A DNA stretch of 38,381 bases from Candidatus Odinarchaeota archaeon (GTDB taxonomy: Archaea; Asgardarchaeota; Baldrarchaeia; Baldrarchaeales; DXJG01), in contig JAGGSW010000033.1 in assembly GCA_021158895.1 (NCBI GenBank), forward strand, positions 1 to 38,381, read 5' to 3'. The notes beneath the pieces are model-generated. The model was given only the letters and a program-made list of their open reading frames with translations. It was not told the DNA's origin and made no database searches. The translations under genes were made by a program, and so were the position numbers. Positions 34,996 to 38,381 of this stretch are shown one piece after another. Position 1 is the first letter of the stretch. Each line of letters begins with the position of its first letter.

Positions 34996-35670
34996 ATGAC
35001 CGAAAAAATAGCTGTTATTGGAGGAACAGGAGACTTAGGGTTTGGCTTAGCGCTACGTTGGGCTAAGGCTGGGAAACATATCATTATCGGTAGTAGAAAA
35101 GAGGAGAAAGCTAAGAAAACTGTTGAAAAAATGCGGACAATATTAGGAAAAGATGTAAAAGTAGAAGGAAAGGTTAACTATGAAGCCGCAGCAGAAGCCG
35201 ACATAGTTGTTTTGTCAGTTCCATTTTTTGCACAAATTGGTATCTTAAAAAGTATTAGAGACGCTTTAGAACCTGGAAAAATTCTTGTAGATGTGATTGT
35301 ACCGCTGGCAACGGCTATAGACGGACCACCTACCAAGACTCTCGGAGTTTGGACAGGTTCTGCAGCAAAATTAACCGAACAACTAGTACCAAAAGGAGTT
35401 AAAGTTGTTGCAGCTTTTAAGAACGTGCCTGCTGACGCCGTGCAGAACTTAGATGAGGATGTTGATTGCGATGTTATCGTTTGTGGTGATGATGAAGAAG
35501 CAAAAAGGAAAGTCATGAAACTGGCGGAACTAATACCGGGGGTAAGGGCAATAGATGGAGGTCCCTTAGAAAATGCTCATGTAATCGAAGAATTAACTGC
35601 ATTCTTAATTGGCATCAATATAAAGTATGGAGTTAAAAATGCTGGAATTAGAATCACAGGCATTAAATAA
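34996..35670 (+). CDS. fno: F420-dependent NADP oxidoreductase (NpdG/Fno family).
   Basis: The Rossmann N-terminus is KIAVIGGTGDLGFGLALRWAKAG. At about 224 aa it is typical of Fno. ATG 34996 is chosen because GGAGGTG lies 6 nt upstream. The track ORF from 34900 adds a non-homologous 32-aa leader. Confidence 0.8.
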   Translation: MTEKIAVIGGTGDLGFGLALRWAKAGKHIIIGSRKEEKAKKTVEKMRTILGKDVKVEGKVNYEAAAEADIVVLSVPFFAQIGILKSIRDALEPGKILVDVIVPLATAIDGPPTKTLGVWTGSAAKLTEQLVPKGVKVVAAFKNVPADAVQNLDEDVDCDVIVCGDDEEAKRKVMKLAELIPGVRAIDGGPLENAHVIEELTAFLIGINIKYGVKNAGIRITGIK

Positions 35671-35891
35671 ATCTTAAAGTAGCAACTAGCGATTTTCACT
35701 TAATTATACAGCCAAAACATTAAATACCTCTTTTTACGAATCTTACTTCTAGAGCAAATTAATAGAAAAAGTATCTTAACAATTTAAAGGTGGGTTTTGC
35801 ATCGTTTGAAGACAACTTGTATCGAGAGTTATTTAAGTTGTGTTAAGAAAATATATACGATGTTAAACTATCGATTTTATGATGTTGGAGG

Positions 35892-36880
<989 letters not shown>

Positions 36881-36884
<4 letters not shown>

Positions 36885-38134
36885 GTGCTATTCCATGGAC
36901 AGAGAAGTACGCCCCTAGAAGAGTCTCTGAAATAGTTAGAAACACTGAGGCTGCTATGAAATTATTAAGGCTCGTGAAAGAGTGGAAACCTGGTAGTAAG
37001 GGAATTTTACTTTATGGACCGCCAGGTACTGGTAAAACCGTTAGTGTTTATGCTGTTGCAAACGAACTAAATTATGAAGTCATCGAGATGAATGCTAGTG
37101 ATACAAGAAATGTTCAAAATGTTATGCGTATTGCTGGTTCTGCTGCTATGCAAGCACCTCTCTTTGCAAAGAGAGGAAGAATAGTTTTAATTGATGAAAT
37201 CGACGGCCTCAGTGGAAGGGAAGATAGAGGGGGGCTCGGAGCCATTATAAAGGTTATTAAGAACGCACGAGTACCTGTAGTTCTTACGGCAAATGATCCA
37301 TGGGACCCCCGATTTGCTTCATTAAGACAATACTGTAAACTTATAGAGTATAAAAGATTGACCATGTGGGACGTTGTTAAGGTTCTTCGTTCAATTTGCC
37401 AGAAAGAAGGAATCATTGCTGATAATGAAGTTCTAAAGGAAATCGCGAAAAATGCCGAGGGTGACCTTCGCTCAGCAATAAACGACCTTCAGGCCCTAGC
37501 TGAAGGAAGGAAAAGATTAACAAAGGGGATGCTAGGTATTCTTGCCCGCAGAGACAGAGAAAAGAATATTTTTGAAGTTTTAAGAATGCTTTTCTCGGCT
37601 AAGACTGCTAGGATGGCGACTTTTGCTTTGAGCACAGCTGATGTTGACTATGAAATGTTAATGCGATGGATAAGTGAAAACATTCCTTATCATATGAATG
37701 ATGTGGAAGAATTAGCCAAAGCTTACGATGCCCTTTCGCGTGCAGATGTATTCCTTGGAAGGATTAAGCGTGAACAAAATTGGAAACTTTTGCCTTATGC
37801 TTTTGAACTTATGTCTGCTGGTGTGGCGCTTGCACGTACTAAGTCCAAATTTAAGTTTGTTAAATATAGTTTTCCCTCATTACTTAGGGAACTTAAATCG
37901 TCCAAGGAACAAAGAGATCTACAAAAGAAAGTCGGAGAGAAAATTAAAAAGCGCTGCCATACCTCCGTAACAAGGGCTATCAATGATTTTCTACCATTTA
38001 TAAGAACTATCTTCAGAAGTAATCCAGAGATGGGAGCTAAAATGGCTAGGTGGTTCAGATTTAATGAAGAAGAAATAGCTTTTATTACAGGTGATAGCAA
38101 GTCCTCAAAGGAGATTATTAAACTTTTAAGGTAA
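36881..38134 (+). CDS. rfcL: Replication factor C large subunit.
   Basis: 417 aa with [15 protein letters not shown], Walker A GPPGTGKT and IDEIDGL. Its TTG start overlaps the rfcS stop within TTGA (36881-36884). Confidence 0.9.
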
Positions 38135-38381
38135 TGTTTGCTTTCATGAAGTACGATTTAAATGAAAGAAATATCTGCTCTAATAAATTATTGCCACTTA
38201 GTACGTTTTTTATATGTTCAAGAAAGTTAATTACTGCTTTTGGGATAAGATAAAAAGTAACAGAGTATTTTATGTTGTATAGTATTAAGCCGTTAGGAGA
38301 CGCGTATTTTAGTGGTATTATGTTTTTAATTATTGGGTTTAAGAGCAGAGATAATCTTTATGGGTTATATTTCGTTTTTCT

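Noticed and set aside
38146-38381. Two small ORFs after rfcL: 38146-38253 (35 aa), and an open frame from ATG 38272 that runs off the window end (MLYSIKPLGDAYFSGIMFLIIGF...).
   Set aside because: They are too short or truncated and have no recognisable motif or convincing RBS. The second could be the start of a membrane protein, but this window cannot support it.

Overview
AT-rich archaeal chromosomal core region. The archaeal assignment rests on GatD/GatE, Elp3, ribosomal protein eS30, GINS-MCM, RFC small and large subunits, and a tRNA with bulge-helix-bulge introns. It is densely packed with about 30 housekeeping genes on both strands. In order: eS30, Elp3, GatD and GatE, an ArsR-type wHTH protein, GlmS, two radical-SAM activase-like genes, a tRNA-maturation cluster (THUMP methyltransferase, RNase Z, UPF0201, a P-loop kinase), a COG1223-type AAA+ ATPase, an iron-sulfur flavoprotein with a GAPOR-like tungsten/molybdopterin oxidoreductase, ThpR, a doubly interrupted tRNA-Pro(GGG), PurB, a gins23-mcm-hel308 replication block, a threonine-synthase-like/wHTH fusion, a four-subunit group-3b-type [NiFe] hydrogenase operon (beta-gamma-delta-alpha) divergent from an F420:NADP oxidoreductase, and rfcS-rfcL. 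No CRISPR array, rRNA, transposase or defence island was seen. The items most worth follow-up are: (1) a ThrC-like protein whose PLP-binding lysine is replaced (SFRDR) and which carries a C-terminal PadR-like wHTH, a candidate pseudoenzyme regulator; (2) three in-frame inteins within about 5 kb in mcm (two) and hel308 (one), where the hel308 intein carries an ArsR-like wHTH instead of a homing endonuclease and resembles the mcm mini-intein; (3) a conserved Hel308 N-terminus encoded upstream of the first canonical start, which implies an ATT start; (4) tRNA-Pro with both a canonical and a D-loop intron. All calls come from reading the sequence and the supplied translations. No database search was possible.
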